A stretch of DNA of 64,000 nt from Abditibacterium sp. GTDB lineage: Bacteria > Armatimonadota > Abditibacteriia > Abditibacteriales > Abditibacteriaceae. This document shows, one piece after another, positions 54,547-63,896 of the stretch. The stretch is taken from contig OZ251992.1 in the NCBI GenBank assembly GCA_965246885.1, positions 1,408,001 through 1,472,000 of the forward strand. The letters are read 5' to 3'. A program made the translations under genes and the position numbers. The notes beneath the pieces are model-generated. The model did not search any database. It had not been told where the DNA came from and saw nothing but the letters and a program-made list of their open reading frames with translations. Positions within the stretch are counted from its first letter, which is position 1; every line of letters begins with the position of its first letter.

Positions 54547-55650
54547 TCACTCCCCATAAACCCTCACCACATGCGCGCCAGCCGCCAGCCTTCGCATCGG
54601 GAAGCGGGCTTCGTCGCCGATTTGGACGCTGGGAACATTCGTCACATCAAGAAAGGAGGTTTGCATGGCGAAGCGGCCCACGAAGGGGACGGTTTGGCCG
54701 CGCAGGGTTGCGGTGCGGCCAAGGAGCGGGTTCTTTTGCAAGCGGGCGGCGCGCTCCAACCCGGCGCGGATGGCGGAGAGAGGCGTTTCGGGGCGCGCGC
54801 GCGGTTCGAGTGTCAGGCCGTCGGCGAACCCGGCGGCGAGGACGGCAATGGTCGCGTCGGATTTGGCCGTCCACTCGCCGCCGTAACCAACGCGCTCACC
54901 GGCCCGTAGCTTTTGGATGGCGACCACACGCGCGACCGGAGAGAACGGGTCGCGCAGCTTCAAGTCGTACTTCTTTTGCAGCCAAGGCGCGGGATATTGG
55001 CCGTAGAGCAGGGTGCCGGGGCGCACGAAATCCATGCGCATGTCGGGGAAGCGAAGCAGGGCGGCGGAGTTGCAGGCGTGGTAACGGCGGCCCGTCGCGC
55101 CGTACACGGCGTCTTGAAACAACGCGAACTGTGTTTGCGTCGGCGCTTCGTTGGGGTTGGCAGCGTCCGCGAAGTGCGTGAACACGGCTTCCAAGGCGAA
55201 GTTCGGGAGTTTGTTGGTGCGCCCTAAAATCTCGGCGACGCGCTTGGGCGAGGCGCCGAAACGGTTCATGCCTGTATTGACTTTCAGATGGGCGCGAGCG
55301 ACTTTGCCCAACGTCGCGGCGACCTGCTGAAACTCGGCGCACTCCTCGAAACTTTGGACGCACGCCGTCAAATCGTGGGTGACAACCTCGGCGCGCTCGT
55401 CAGGCGAGGGCGGCGCAAGCAGCAAAATCGGGGTCTCGATGCCTGCCGCACGCAGTTCCAACCCTTCCTCCAAGCGCGTGACGGCGAGCATATTCGCGCC
55501 TTCCTCGGCGAACACGCGCGCGCACTCGACGGCGCCGCAACCATAGGCGTTGGCCTTCACAACGGCAATAATGCCCGTGCCCGCGAGTTGCCGGACGGCG
55601 CGAAAGTTGTGGCGCAACGCGGCGCGGGAAATGTCAATCCACAATTGCAT
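54547..55650 (-). CDS. alr: Alanine racemase
   Basis: AVVKANAYGCG (PLP lysine), HLKVNTGMNRFG, FTHFA.A, HACNSAA, VRPG..LYG, VGYG, GR..M. Confidence 0.95.
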   Translation of the reverse strand: MQLWIDISRAALRHNFRAVRQLAGTGIIAVVKANAYGCGAVECARVFAEEGANMLAVTRLEEGLELRAAGIETPILLLAPPSPDERAEVVTHDLTACVQSFEECAEFQQVAATLGKVARAHLKVNTGMNRFGASPKRVAEILGRTNKLPNFALEAVFTHFADAANPNEAPTQTQFALFQDAVYGATGRRYHACNSAALLRFPDMRMDFVRPGTLLYGQYPAPWLQKKYDLKLRDPFSPVARVVAIQKLRAGERVGYGGEWTAKSDATIAVLAAGFADGLTLEPRARPETPLSAIRAGLERAARLQKNPLLGRTATLRGQTVPFVGRFAMQTSFLDVTNVPSVQIGDEARFPMRRLAAGAHVVRVYGE

Positions 55651-55663
55651 AGCGGAGAGAGGA

Positions 55664-55728
55664 TAGAATCGAGAGGTTAGAGGTTAGGAGGACACACGTA
55701 GCTTCTAACCTCCAACCTCTGGGTTCTA
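55664..55728. repeat. Intergenic heptamer-based hairpin (AGAGGTT / AACCTCT)
   Basis: TAGAATCGAGAGGTTAGAGGTTAGGAG ... CTTCTAACCTCCAACCTCTGGGTTCTA. Confidence 0.65.
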
Positions 55729-56913
55729 CCCTCTTGAGCGCAGGACGGGCAGTTTCAGGTCGGCGTCAAAGCCGACGACCTGCTCGCCCTTCATGAGGGC
55801 GAGCAGGTCGCGGCCCACAAGGTCGCCGCGCCAGTCTTGCAGGACGGGCAGGTCGTGGATTTGGTCGAGCGTGCCCTCGATGTAGTGCGTCGCCAACTCG
55901 AAGAGGGTCTCGCGCGGCGCGAGATACGAGCGCGACACATCTTGCGCGGCGGCGGTGGCACTCACGACGACGCCCAGCAGGGCGATGATGGCGTCGAGCC
56001 TTGCGTCGGGGCGGGCCGTGTCCCACGCGTCGGGCCACGACGCAACTGGCGAAGCGAGCGCGGTCTGGATGGCTTCGACGAACGCTTGCGCGTCGCGCGT
56101 CGAAAGCGCGGTGATGCCGCGAATGGCGCGCAGTTCACCGACTGACTTCGGTTGCTGGCGGGCCATCTGAATCAGCGCCAAGTCCGGCAGAATAAAGGAG
56201 GGCGGCTTGTCCCCGGTGCGCGCGATGGTTTCGCGCACTGCCGCGCCTTCGCGCAGCACCGCCAACTGCTTGCGCGATAGGCCGGACAAATTCAGCTTTT
56301 TGAAAGCGTCGCGGTCGTCGAACTGGCGCGTCGAACGCTCGATGGCGCGCGCGAACTCCGCGTTGGCCCACCCCATCCGCCCGCGTTCGTTCAGGTCAGC
56401 GCGAAGTTGCTCGAACAGGGGCGGCAAGTACCGCACATCGGCCAAGGCGTAATCTATCTGCTCCGCCGAGAGGGGCCGCGCGCTCCAATCGGTGTATTGC
56501 ATCGTCTTGGACAGTTGCACGCGCGTAATGCGCTTGACGAGGTCGGCGTAGCCAATCTGGTGGCCATAACCCAGAAACGCCGCCGCTATCTGCGTGTCGA
56601 AGACGTTCTGCGGACGGGCGCCAAAGCCCTGAAAAAAGATCTTCAGGTCAACCGCGCCTGCGTGCACGAGCTTCGTGACTGCCGGGTCTTCTATCATCTG
56701 CGCGAGCGGCGCCAAGTCGAGCGCGAAAGGGTCAAGCGCCGCCTCGACCGCGCCCGTTTCGGTCGGCGCATGGATTTGCACGAGACAAAGCCGCTCGAAG
56801 TAGCGCTTCTCGCCGAGGAACTCCGTGTCGAGAGCGAGCGGCGCCCCTCCCGCAGTGGCAGCGCGCAGTTGGTCGAGGAACTCGGCGAATTGGGAAGGCT
56901 TGGAAATAAACAT
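55726..56913 (-). CDS. rnd: Ribonuclease D
   Basis: LALDTEF, LCLVQI, KLVHA...D, FDTQIAA, TDWSARPLS..Q..YALADV; HRDC domain. Confidence 0.93.
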   Translation of the reverse strand: MFISKPSQFAEFLDQLRAATAGGAPLALDTEFLGEKRYFERLCLVQIHAPTETGAVEAALDPFALDLAPLAQMIEDPAVTKLVHAGAVDLKIFFQGFGARPQNVFDTQIAAAFLGYGHQIGYADLVKRITRVQLSKTMQYTDWSARPLSAEQIDYALADVRYLPPLFEQLRADLNERGRMGWANAEFARAIERSTRQFDDRDAFKKLNLSGLSRKQLAVLREGAAVRETIARTGDKPPSFILPDLALIQMARQQPKSVGELRAIRGITALSTRDAQAFVEAIQTALASPVASWPDAWDTARPDARLDAIIALLGVVVSATAAAQDVSRSYLAPRETLFELATHYIEGTLDQIHDLPVLQDWRGDLVGRDLLALMKGEQVVGFDADLKLPVLRSRG

Positions 56914-56922
56914 GGGAGCGAT

Positions 56923-57023
56923 AGCCACAAAGGGCACAGAGAATTACACAGAGGAAGCACAGAGAAAATCAAAAGAAAAACCTCTGTGTCTCCTCCGTGA
57001 AGCTCTCCGTGCCCTTTGTGGCT
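56923..57023. repeat. Intergenic CACAGAG/CTCTGTG imperfect palindrome
   Basis: AGCCACAAAGGGCACAGAGA..CACAGAG..CACAGAG / CTCTGTG..CTCCGTG..CTCCGTGCCCTTTGTGGCT. Confidence 0.8.
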
Positions 57024-58091
57024 TTAAGATTTCTTGAGAGCCTTAGATAGTTTGGGGCGTGCGGTCGTCCACAACCAATACCAACTTTTCGATAGCGGCA
57101 AATCGAACTCCCCTGCGTAGCGCACCATTTGCGCGCCAAAGCCGGACTTGAACCTCACTAACCCCTCTTCGTGTGCCGGAAGTTCGCCCAGTTCCGGATC
57201 GGGGACGCCGCGAAAGTCGTAAACGGTGCAGCCGTTCTCCTTGGCCCAAGAGATCATGCTCCATTGCATCGAGTGGTTGGGCATCAGGTTCCTGTCCTCA
57301 TTAGAGGAGGCGCCGAACATATACCAGCACTGCGGCGGCAACAAAAAACAGATGGCCGCCGATAGCGGCTTGTCGCCGTTGTAGGAAACGAACAGCTTGA
57401 TGAGATGCGCGGGCGCGAGGGCGTCCCACATCTTTTGGAAATACGCGAGCGAATACCCCTTGAACTCGTTGCGCTCGCTCGTGACCTTGTAAATGTCGTG
57501 GAATATCTGCAAACCGTCGCGGCCCAACTCCGTCTCGACGCGGATGCCCTTCTTCTGGGCGAGCCGGATGTTATAACGCCACTTCGCCGATATCGTATCG
57601 GCCAGCACGCTTTCGAGCGGCGCGGAAATGTCCATCTTCATGTTGCAGCGCGGTTGCGTTCCGCCAAAGAGCGGGTGCACATCGGGTGAGGGCACGAAAC
57701 CCACGCGCGCCAAGCGCGCCTTGAAGCCGGGGAAGTCGTCCGCCACGCACGGGTCTATCTTGATGGAAATGGCGCGGTGCTTCCGAGCCAAAGCCCGCAG
57801 TTCCTCAACCATCGCCTCGAAGACGTCGGGCTGCGCCCAGTCCAGAATCGGCCCGCGCGGAAGGTAAAACAGCGACCGTCCGCCTGTCAAACGCCGCAAG
57901 GGGAGCGTCCGTTTAAGAATGAGCGCCGTCGCTTTGAACCCGTCGCCATCGGGCAGAGAAAGCGAAAGCGGCAAAGATTCGGGCCGTTTAACCGGCCCCC
58001 ACTCAAGGCATTGCAGCACGTCGCCCTGCGGCGACGCGGCGACAAACTCGCGCCACTTCTGGGATGTTTCGGAGTTGGGAGAAAAATGCAC
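57024..58091 (-). CDS. FemABX-family peptidoglycan interpeptide bridge aminoacyltransferase
   Basis: LQ..EWG.VK, FYLPRGP, IKIDP, QP, KWRYNIRLAQKKG, WYMFGASSNEDRNLMPN..MQW..I.WAKE.GC..YDFRG, GLVRFKSGFG. Start set at GTG 58091 (TAAAAT 7 nt upstream). Confidence 0.9.
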   Translation of the reverse strand: MHFSPNSETSQKWREFVAASPQGDVLQCLEWGPVKRPESLPLSLSLPDGDGFKATALILKRTLPLRRLTGGRSLFYLPRGPILDWAQPDVFEAMVEELRALARKHRAISIKIDPCVADDFPGFKARLARVGFVPSPDVHPLFGGTQPRCNMKMDISAPLESVLADTISAKWRYNIRLAQKKGIRVETELGRDGLQIFHDIYKVTSERNEFKGYSLAYFQKMWDALAPAHLIKLFVSYNGDKPLSAAICFLLPPQCWYMFGASSNEDRNLMPNHSMQWSMISWAKENGCTVYDFRGVPDPELGELPAHEEGLVRFKSGFGAQMVRYAGEFDLPLSKSWYWLWTTARPKLSKALKKS

Positions 58092-58164
58092 CGAGGAAAT
58101 TTTAGGGGATGGGAGTGGGTTAAAGGATTCCCCCCTTGGATTGGGGCCATGAAACAGCGTATGA

Positions 58165-58264
58165 AAGCGACTGAAGTCGCAGCCAGCGAGAGCGTCGGCC
58201 TTCGCCGACGGAGTAGCACGTCGGCGAAGGCCGACGCTCTCGCTGGCTGCGACTTCAGTCGCTT
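58165..58264. repeat. REP-like long palindrome, family A, copy 3
   Basis: Perfect 46-bp arms with 8-nt loop GAGTAGCA, between divergent genes. Confidence 0.93.
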
Positions 58265-58327
58265 GCCTAATTCCCCGACTGTCAAGTTTCTTGAACATGT
58301 GTGCCGCCGTCTGCGTCGGCTCGCGCG

Positions 58328-58843
58328 ATGATGCAAATGAAGCCGATTTTTTGGGTTGCGGGCGCCCTTTCGCTCGCGGTTTTGGGAGGCTGTGGCGGTG
58401 GTTTGAACCCCAGCCCGGACACTAACGGCCCCGCGACGGTGGGAGCGCGGTTGTCGAGCAGCGACTTCTACGATTCCACGACGGGGCGCTACTACGACAT
58501 CTTCGTGTATGACGCGCTCTATAGCGGGCAAGCGCGGGTGCAAATGCGATCCGGGGAGTTCGATACGCAGCTTTACGTTTATGAAAAAGACAGCGACGGG
58601 GTGTATTCTCTCATCGCCAAGAACAACGACGCCGATTCGTCCACGACGGACTCCGACTGCCGCTTTGATGTGACGCAAGGCCGCACCTATCGGATTCTGA
58701 CGACCTCATCGGGGAGTGACGGATTGGGCGCGTATGAAGCCCGCTTTTCGAGCAACTTGTCCACACCCACGCAAGTCACCACGCAAGCGGCGCTCGCTTC
58801 GCGGTCGGGAGCCAAGTTCGCTTTGCCGCCGATGTCCAAGTAG
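58328..58843 (+). CDS. Lipoprotein with PPC (pre-peptidase C-terminal)-like domain
   Basis: Lipobox LAVLGGC; YYD.F.Y....GQ..V.M.S.EFDTQLY.Y, NND......DS, G.TYRI..TS......G.Y. Confidence 0.75.
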   Translation: MMQMKPIFWVAGALSLAVLGGCGGGLNPSPDTNGPATVGARLSSSDFYDSTTGRYYDIFVYDALYSGQARVQMRSGEFDTQLYVYEKDSDGVYSLIAKNNDADSSTTDSDCRFDVTQGRTYRILTTSSGSDGLGAYEARFSSNLSTPTQVTTQAALASRSGAKFALPPMSK

Positions 58844-58919
58844 TTTCAAATGCGATGTGTCGACGCGCCACCAGCACGGGGGAACGAAAGAATGGGTGGC
58901 GGCAACCAGTGGCCGGGTT

Positions 58920-58986
58920 GATTCTTTCATCGGCGCAGCTAATCCTTCGTCGGCGCAGCTAATTCTTTCGTCGACGCGACCCGGCG
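58920..58986. repeat. Short 20/21-bp tandem repeat (ATTCTTTCRTCGGCGCAGCTA) with dispersed relatives
   Basis: Three units here; an identical 22-mer at 50126-50147; a reverse-complement relative near 35896-35923. Confidence 0.7.
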
Positions 58987-59021
58987 GGCAAATAAAGTAA
59001 CTGGGCGGACGGTTGGCGCGG

Positions 59022-59840
59022 TCAATTTTTTCGTCCGCGCATGTAAATGGACGAAAGAATCAGGTCATCCAGCAGTGCCGTGTCCTCCTCGAAGCGCGAG
59101 TGGAGGTCGAGCGCATTTTGGCGGGCGAGCGTGACGGCGCAAACGGTCGCGGCGCCCGCGCGACGGAGAACTTTGGCGCACTCGCGCAGCGTCGCCCCCG
59201 TCGTAAAGACATCGTCTACGAGCAGAACGAATGCGCCGGTTGGTAGCTCGAACTTGGGTGCCACAGAAAAGGCGCCGCGCACGTTGTTTACGCGCTCTTT
59301 GGCGCGCAGACCGACTTGGGGCGTCGTGGGACGGGTGCGGACAAGGGCGTGGGCGAAGGCAACGTTTATCGAAGGCGCGAGGGCGCGCGCCAGAACTTCG
59401 CTTTGATTGAAGCCGCGCTTGCGCTCACGGCGGGCATGGAGGGGAACGGGTGCGATATAGTCAAAGCGGAGGTCGCGCAGTGTTTCATCGCGTTCGAGAA
59501 CTCGATGGAGGAAGGGCGCGAGTCGCTCGCCGAGGGCACTCTTGCCATTGTATTTGAAGCGGTGGATGGCAAGACGCGGGGCGCCCTCGAACAAAAACGC
59601 GGCGCGGGCGCAGTCGAAGTTCGATTTGGCCTCGCGGCAGTCGGCGCAGAGGGCGTCGTGAAAAGCGCCGGGGTCAAACGGATGGCCACAGACGCGGCAA
59701 AATGGCGGAAGCGGCACCCTCGCCGTCGGAGCGCATCGGGCGCAAAACGGCGCGCGGCAAAAGGCGAAGCACCCCGCGCAGCGCGGCGGAAACAGCGCAT
59801 CCAACGCGCGGCAAAAGCAAAGTTCCAAGAGCGGACGCAT
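59022..59840 (-). CDS. comF: ComF family phosphoribosyltransferase with double zinc ribbon
   Basis: LFPPRCAGC, FKY.G, PVPLH..RERKRGFNQSE, R..NVRGAF, LLVDDVFTTGATL.ECA..L..AGA. Confidence 0.92.
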   Translation of the reverse strand: MRPLLELCFCRALDALFPPRCAGCFAFCRAPFCARCAPTARVPLPPFCRVCGHPFDPGAFHDALCADCREAKSNFDCARAAFLFEGAPRLAIHRFKYNGKSALGERLAPFLHRVLERDETLRDLRFDYIAPVPLHARRERKRGFNQSEVLARALAPSINVAFAHALVRTRPTTPQVGLRAKERVNNVRGAFSVAPKFELPTGAFVLLVDDVFTTGATLRECAKVLRRAGAATVCAVTLARQNALDLHSRFEEDTALLDDLILSSIYMRGRKN

Positions 59841-59974
59841 GGAAAACCGTGCCCGTTAGTATGGGGCAACGGGGGCGGCGAAACAGAATTTTGGAGAAGT
59901 TGATGAGGGGAGCCAGAAGGCCACATCGTAACATCTTTAGGGGACTTAAAGCGATGGGGCGCCGAGGTTTTTGG

Positions 59975-60004
59975 TTGACATTCCCTTCCCGGACGGCCTA
60001 AAAT
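59975..60004 (+). promoter_or_regulatory. Sigma-70-type promoter (TTGACA-18-TAAAAT)
   Basis: TTGACA at 59975-59980 and TAAAAT at 59999-60004, upstream of the NlpC/P60 gene. Confidence 0.65.
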
Positions 60005-60117
60005 TAAGCATCGTTTTCTCGGCGCCGCCGCAGGAGATGTCCGGTCGAGAGCCGGTGATGAGGCGCCGGGGGGCCGATGTTTCCCGGCGTTTTGGCGCCC
60101 TGAAAACCATTCGTCGT

Positions 60118-61932
60118 ATGCTTTTTACCAAGATGAGGCTCCGCTTCGCGTTGCCATTACTTGTGCTGTGCCCGTCTTTGGGGGTGGCCACCCCGGTGCG
60201 CGCCGATGCGCCCGTTGTGGGGGTGCGCGGCCAAACGACCGGCTCGCAAACCTTCGTGCGGGTGCGCCCGTCGGCGCTGACTCCCCCGGTCGCCAAAGTG
60301 CCATCGGGCACGCCGCTTTACGTGTGGGGCCGCTTCAACGGCTGGTATCGCGTCGAAACGCACGATCACATCTTCGGCTGGGTGCATAAAGAATACATCC
60401 GCTCGCCGCGCTTGTGGAAGGTGAAGGAGATTTCTCACTTCAAAGCGATCCAAGCCTCCGAGCAAAGCGCCAAACAAACGCTCTACGGCACGCCCGCCGA
60501 ACTCAAAGCGTATTACGCGCGCTACGGCGGGCACGGCGCGGTCAAAGGATTGGCACTCAAGGGCGTATATCTCGCGCCGCCCACCTCCGCGCCGGTTCGC
60601 TTGGCGCACGCGCCCAAGGCGAGACTCGCGCACAAGCCTAAATCCGTGAGAATCGCGCGTGCGCCGCACATCGCGCCGCACCCAATCGAAGCGCCACTTG
60701 TGGCCATCAACCCGGCCACGCGCGAGGATTCGCAAGACCGCTTGGCGGCCAACGACGCCGCGCAAACGTTAGACCACGCACCTGATTCGCTTGCGCCCGC
60801 CGCGTCGTCGCTCGCGGGTGCCGTGCACAATTGGAAGCCCGCGCCGGTGTATGTTCCCGCCCCAGTGTATGTTCCCGCTCCGCCGCGTCCGGCGGTGGCG
60901 GCTCCGGTTGCGCCGCCCGCAACGCGTTTAGCGATGGTGCCCCGCCCTCGTGCGGTGCCCGTCGCCGTCGTGCCCGCGCCGCCCAAGCCGGGGCCATCGC
61001 CCGAACAGTTGCACATTCAAGCGTGGCAAGCGCGCAAAAGGGCCAAAGAGCAGCGCTGGATTTGGCTGCACAATCAAAAGGTGAGCGCGTGGAAGTGGCG
61101 CGTCGCGCAGCAGCAGAAGCGGGCCTACGCCGCCCAGCAGCGCCACCTGTGGCTGGTGAAACAGCGCGCGAGCGCCCCGCGTTTCGCGGCGGGCAAAGAT
61201 ACGCGGCGCATCAACCTCGCCAATCAATCGGGTCTTGTGCCCAAGCAGATGCCCCTGAACCCGCCCGGCCAATCCCTTCCGCCCATTTCTCCGGACGAAT
61301 TGCTCCGTGCCCGCGCCAAAGCGATGCAACAACCGGCGTCTGTGCCGGGAACTTCTCCGACGCCTTGGCAGCCTTCAAGTCTGTCGTTTCGCGGTTCTTT
61401 TGCACCGCGTGCGCCTCTCACAGTGGGCGCCACATCCTCTTTATCTATGCCAGTTCACACCATTCCGTCCGCGCCCTTGCGCCTTGCCGCCAATCCTACT
61501 GTGTCCGCCAACCCCGCCCCTTCGCGCGGCGGCTCGCCCCGCGACCGCGCGGCCTCCGCGTGGCGGGCGGGCGTGGCGACGCAAGCGCTTTCCTATCGCG
61601 GGATGCCGTATGTGTTCGGCGCGTCCAGTCCCCGGCGCGGCTTTGACTGCTCTGGCCTCGTATATTTCTTGCTCCGCCAGCGCGGTTTGAACCCGCCGCG
61701 CACCGCCGCCGGGTATCGCACCTATGGCAAGCCCGTCGCGCGCGGCGCGTGGCAAACCGGCGACCTCGTGTTGTTCGCCAACACCTACAAGTCCGGCATC
61801 TCGCACATCGGCGTGTATCTCAAAGACGGCAAGTTCATACACGCCGCCTCGACGCGCCAAGGCGTGCGCGTGGACTCGCTGCTGTCCGGCTATTTCGCCT
61901 CGAAGTATTGGGGCGCACGCCGCGTGGGGTGA
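60118..61932 (+). CDS. Secreted SH3b + NlpC/P60 (C40) cell-wall peptidase with long Pro/Ala-rich linker
   Basis: Signal peptide; SH3 VRVRPS...GWYRV...GWV..EYI; catalytic GMPYVFG...GFDCSGLV, PRTA, GDLVLF, SHIGVY...FIHAAS, YWGARRV. Confidence 0.92.
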   Translation: MLFTKMRLRFALPLLVLCPSLGVATPVRADAPVVGVRGQTTGSQTFVRVRPSALTPPVAKVPSGTPLYVWGRFNGWYRVETHDHIFGWVHKEYIRSPRLWKVKEISHFKAIQASEQSAKQTLYGTPAELKAYYARYGGHGAVKGLALKGVYLAPPTSAPVRLAHAPKARLAHKPKSVRIARAPHIAPHPIEAPLVAINPATREDSQDRLAANDAAQTLDHAPDSLAPAASSLAGAVHNWKPAPVYVPAPVYVPAPPRPAVAAPVAPPATRLAMVPRPRAVPVAVVPAPPKPGPSPEQLHIQAWQARKRAKEQRWIWLHNQKVSAWKWRVAQQQKRAYAAQQRHLWLVKQRASAPRFAAGKDTRRINLANQSGLVPKQMPLNPPGQSLPPISPDELLRARAKAMQQPASVPGTSPTPWQPSSLSFRGSFAPRAPLTVGATSSLSMPVHTIPSAPLRLAANPTVSANPAPSRGGSPRDRAASAWRAGVATQALSYRGMPYVFGASSPRRGFDCSGLVYFLLRQRGLNPPRTAAGYRTYGKPVARGAWQTGDLVLFANTYKSGISHIGVYLKDGKFIHAASTRQGVRVDSLLSGYFASKYWGARRVG

Positions 61933-61939
61933 GCGCGAA

Positions 61940-62036
61940 AGCGACTGAAGTCGCAGCCAGCGAAGACGTCCACCTTCGTTGACGTGTTACCCATCGGCGA
62001 AGGCCGATGGTCTCGCTGGCTGCGACTTCAGTCGCT
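61940..62036. repeat. REP-like long palindrome, family A, copy 4 (more degenerate)
   Basis: AGCGACTGAAGTCGCAGCCAGCGA ... TCGCTGGCTGCGACTTCAGTCGCT with mismatched inner arms. Confidence 0.9.
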
Positions 62037-62052
62037 GGCCCCAACTTCTTCA

Positions 62053-62745
62053 GTGAAACTCCGCGATGCCTTTTGGACGCCCGTTCAGCCCTTCGCGGCG
62101 CTTCGGGCGTGGGGTGTGCCGCGCCTGATTCGCTTCTTGCATGCGGCGCTGATGACGACGCTGCGCTTCTCGACGTCGGGCGTGCATCAACTCCGGCCCT
62201 ACATCGAAACGCCGGGGCGTGGGCTGTTGATGGTGATTTGGCACGACCAAACCCTCGTGCCGCTCCATGTTTTCCAAGGGTGCGGCATCCACACGATGAT
62301 GTCGCGCTCGCGGGCGGGGCAGATGCAAGCGGCGTTTTGGCGTTTGTCGGGCTGGCCGATTATCTGGGGTTCGACCAAGAAGAAGGAGGGCATCGCGGCG
62401 CTCCGGGAGTCGCTGCGACTCGTTCAAGAGGGCGGCCTGATGGGTTTTACGCCCGATGGCCCGAAAGGGCCGCGCCGAGAAGCGCATGGGGGCGTGGTGT
62501 ATTTGGCGTCCAAAAGCGGTGTGCCGATCATGCCCGTCGCGCTCGCGGCCTCCGATTGCTGGCAACTGAAGACGTGGGATAAGTATTTGATTCCCAAGCC
62601 GTTCGCGCGCGTTCATATTCACATGGGCGTGCCGGTGTCGGTTCCCGCCGACGTGGCGCGCGAGGAAAACGCGGCGTGGTGCGCCCGCGTGAAAGCCGCG
62701 CTCGATGACGCCGAGCGCGAGGCGGCACGCGCTTTGAAACGGTAG
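62053..62745 (+). CDS. DUF374 lysophospholipid acyltransferase family protein
   Basis: IWHDQ, MMSRSRAG, WGST, FTPDGPKGPRR....GVVYLA..SG.PI, TWDKYLIPKPFAR. Confidence 0.88.
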   Translation: MKLRDAFWTPVQPFAALRAWGVPRLIRFLHAALMTTLRFSTSGVHQLRPYIETPGRGLLMVIWHDQTLVPLHVFQGCGIHTMMSRSRAGQMQAAFWRLSGWPIIWGSTKKKEGIAALRESLRLVQEGGLMGFTPDGPKGPRREAHGGVVYLASKSGVPIMPVALAASDCWQLKTWDKYLIPKPFARVHIHMGVPVSVPADVAREENAAWCARVKAALDDAEREAARALKR

Positions 62746-62814
62746 TCGCCGGAACTGTCAAACTCTTCCTGCCCACCGAGCGGGGGAGTGTCGTGAATAC
62801 TTGGGCCGCCCGGT

Positions 62815-62843
62815 TTGACAGCAAGGCCAATGGCGCCTAAAAT
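62815..62843 (+). promoter_or_regulatory. Sigma-70-type promoter (TTGACA-17-TAAAAT)
   Basis: Near-consensus hexamers with a 17-bp spacer, upstream of the STAS gene. Confidence 0.7.
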
Positions 62844-62915
62844 GGAAGGTACTTCTTGCCAGACTCTTGGCCGGAATGACCCGCATTTTAGACGAAGAAG
62901 AGGAATACAACGAAC

Positions 62916-63320
62916 GTGCTTGCGGAGGACAAACTCACCATCGTGAAAGAACTGAAAATTGAACACGCGGCAGCGCCCGTAGGCGATAAAGACGTGCACA
63001 TTCTGCGCCTCGAAGGGTATGTGGACGCCCACACGTTTGCCGAATTTGAAGAAGAACTGACTCGCCTAACGGATAAGGAGAACCAGTTCAATCTGTTGCT
63101 CGACCTCGAAAAGTTGACGTATATCAACTCGACCGGGTTGGGTTTGCTCATGGCGACTTTCCGCCAAGTGCGCCAGCACAACGGCGATTTGGTCATCGCC
63201 AAGATGAGCGACAAAATTACCAACATTTTCAACTTGCTCGGTTTTTCGCGCCTCATTCATACCTATCCGAGCGAGCAGGAAGCCTTAGCGCGCTTTGCGC
63301 CCACCGAATCCCCCGCCTAA
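62916..63320 (+). CDS. STAS domain anti-sigma factor antagonist (RsbV/SpoIIAA-like)
   Basis: LEGYVDAHT, LLLDLEKLTYINSTGLGLL (phospho-Ser motif), IFNLLGF. Confidence 0.92.
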   Translation: MLAEDKLTIVKELKIEHAAAPVGDKDVHILRLEGYVDAHTFAEFEEELTRLTDKENQFNLLLDLEKLTYINSTGLGLLMATFRQVRQHNGDLVIAKMSDKITNIFNLLGFSRLIHTYPSEQEALARFAPTESPA

Positions 63321-63350
63321 GCGCCCGCGCCGCTTGACGGCGCTTGTTTT

Positions 63351-63872
63351 GTGCCCGCTTTCGTTGTTTCTGTTCCCGCCGTGCCCGACGTTTCCCCGCC
63401 TTTGCCCTCGTCGCCCCACGACCCTTCCGCGTTGTGGCACGACCACTTGCGCGCGACGGGTTCGCCCCGCTCCTTGCCCGCTATTCGCCGTATGGTCGAG
63501 GTCTGCGCCCAGCGCGCGGGCTTGAACGACGAGGACACCATGAAGATCGAGATGGCCGTCGGCGAAGCGTGCACGAACATCATCGAGCACTCCTACGCGA
63601 CGCAGAGCGGCGTCAATCCCGGCTTGCACGCCGAGATAGACATCCTCGCCGTCCGCTTCCCCGACCGCTTTGAAGTGGTTATCAACGATTACTCCAGCAT
63701 TAACTTCGCCGTCGGCGAAGCCGAAACTTTCCACCACCTCGACGACTGGATCGCCACCGGCAGGCGGCGGGGCCTCGGCGTGTGGATCATCCAATCGTTC
63801 GTGGATAAGGTGGAGCACCGCTTCGTGTGTGGTCAGGGCAACGAACTAAAGCTGGTCAAGTTCTGCGCGTAA
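63351..63872 (+). CDS. Anti-sigma factor Ser/Thr kinase (RsbW-like HATPase)
   Basis: IEMAVGEACTNIIEHSY, V.INDY, RRGLGVWIIQSFVDKVE, GNELKLVK. Start uncertain. Confidence 0.9.
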   Translation: MPAFVVSVPAVPDVSPPLPSSPHDPSALWHDHLRATGSPRSLPAIRRMVEVCAQRAGLNDEDTMKIEMAVGEACTNIIEHSYATQSGVNPGLHAEIDILAVRFPDRFEVVINDYSSINFAVGEAETFHHLDDWIATGRRRGLGVWIIQSFVDKVEHRFVCGQGNELKLVKFCA

Positions 63873-63896
63873 CACGGTAACGGCGGCCCTGCATCC

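Noticed and set aside
58092..58298. N-terminal extensions of the FemABX ORF (likewise kdoO 17431-17514 and DUF374 61984-62052) containing ATEVAASE / RLKSQP-like peptides
   Set aside because: They are translations of the family A palindromes, not protein sequence; better starts lie downstream.
60010..60117. c-di-AMP (ydaO) riboswitch before the NlpC/P60 gene
   Set aside because: The conserved GCTGAATCC, GGGGGAACC and GTCAGCTAAC segments are not present.
62916..63872. Assigning the STAS/RsbW pair as regulators of the sigma-GGDEF fusion
   Set aside because: They are about 59 kb apart with no sequence evidence of linkage; plausible but unsupported.
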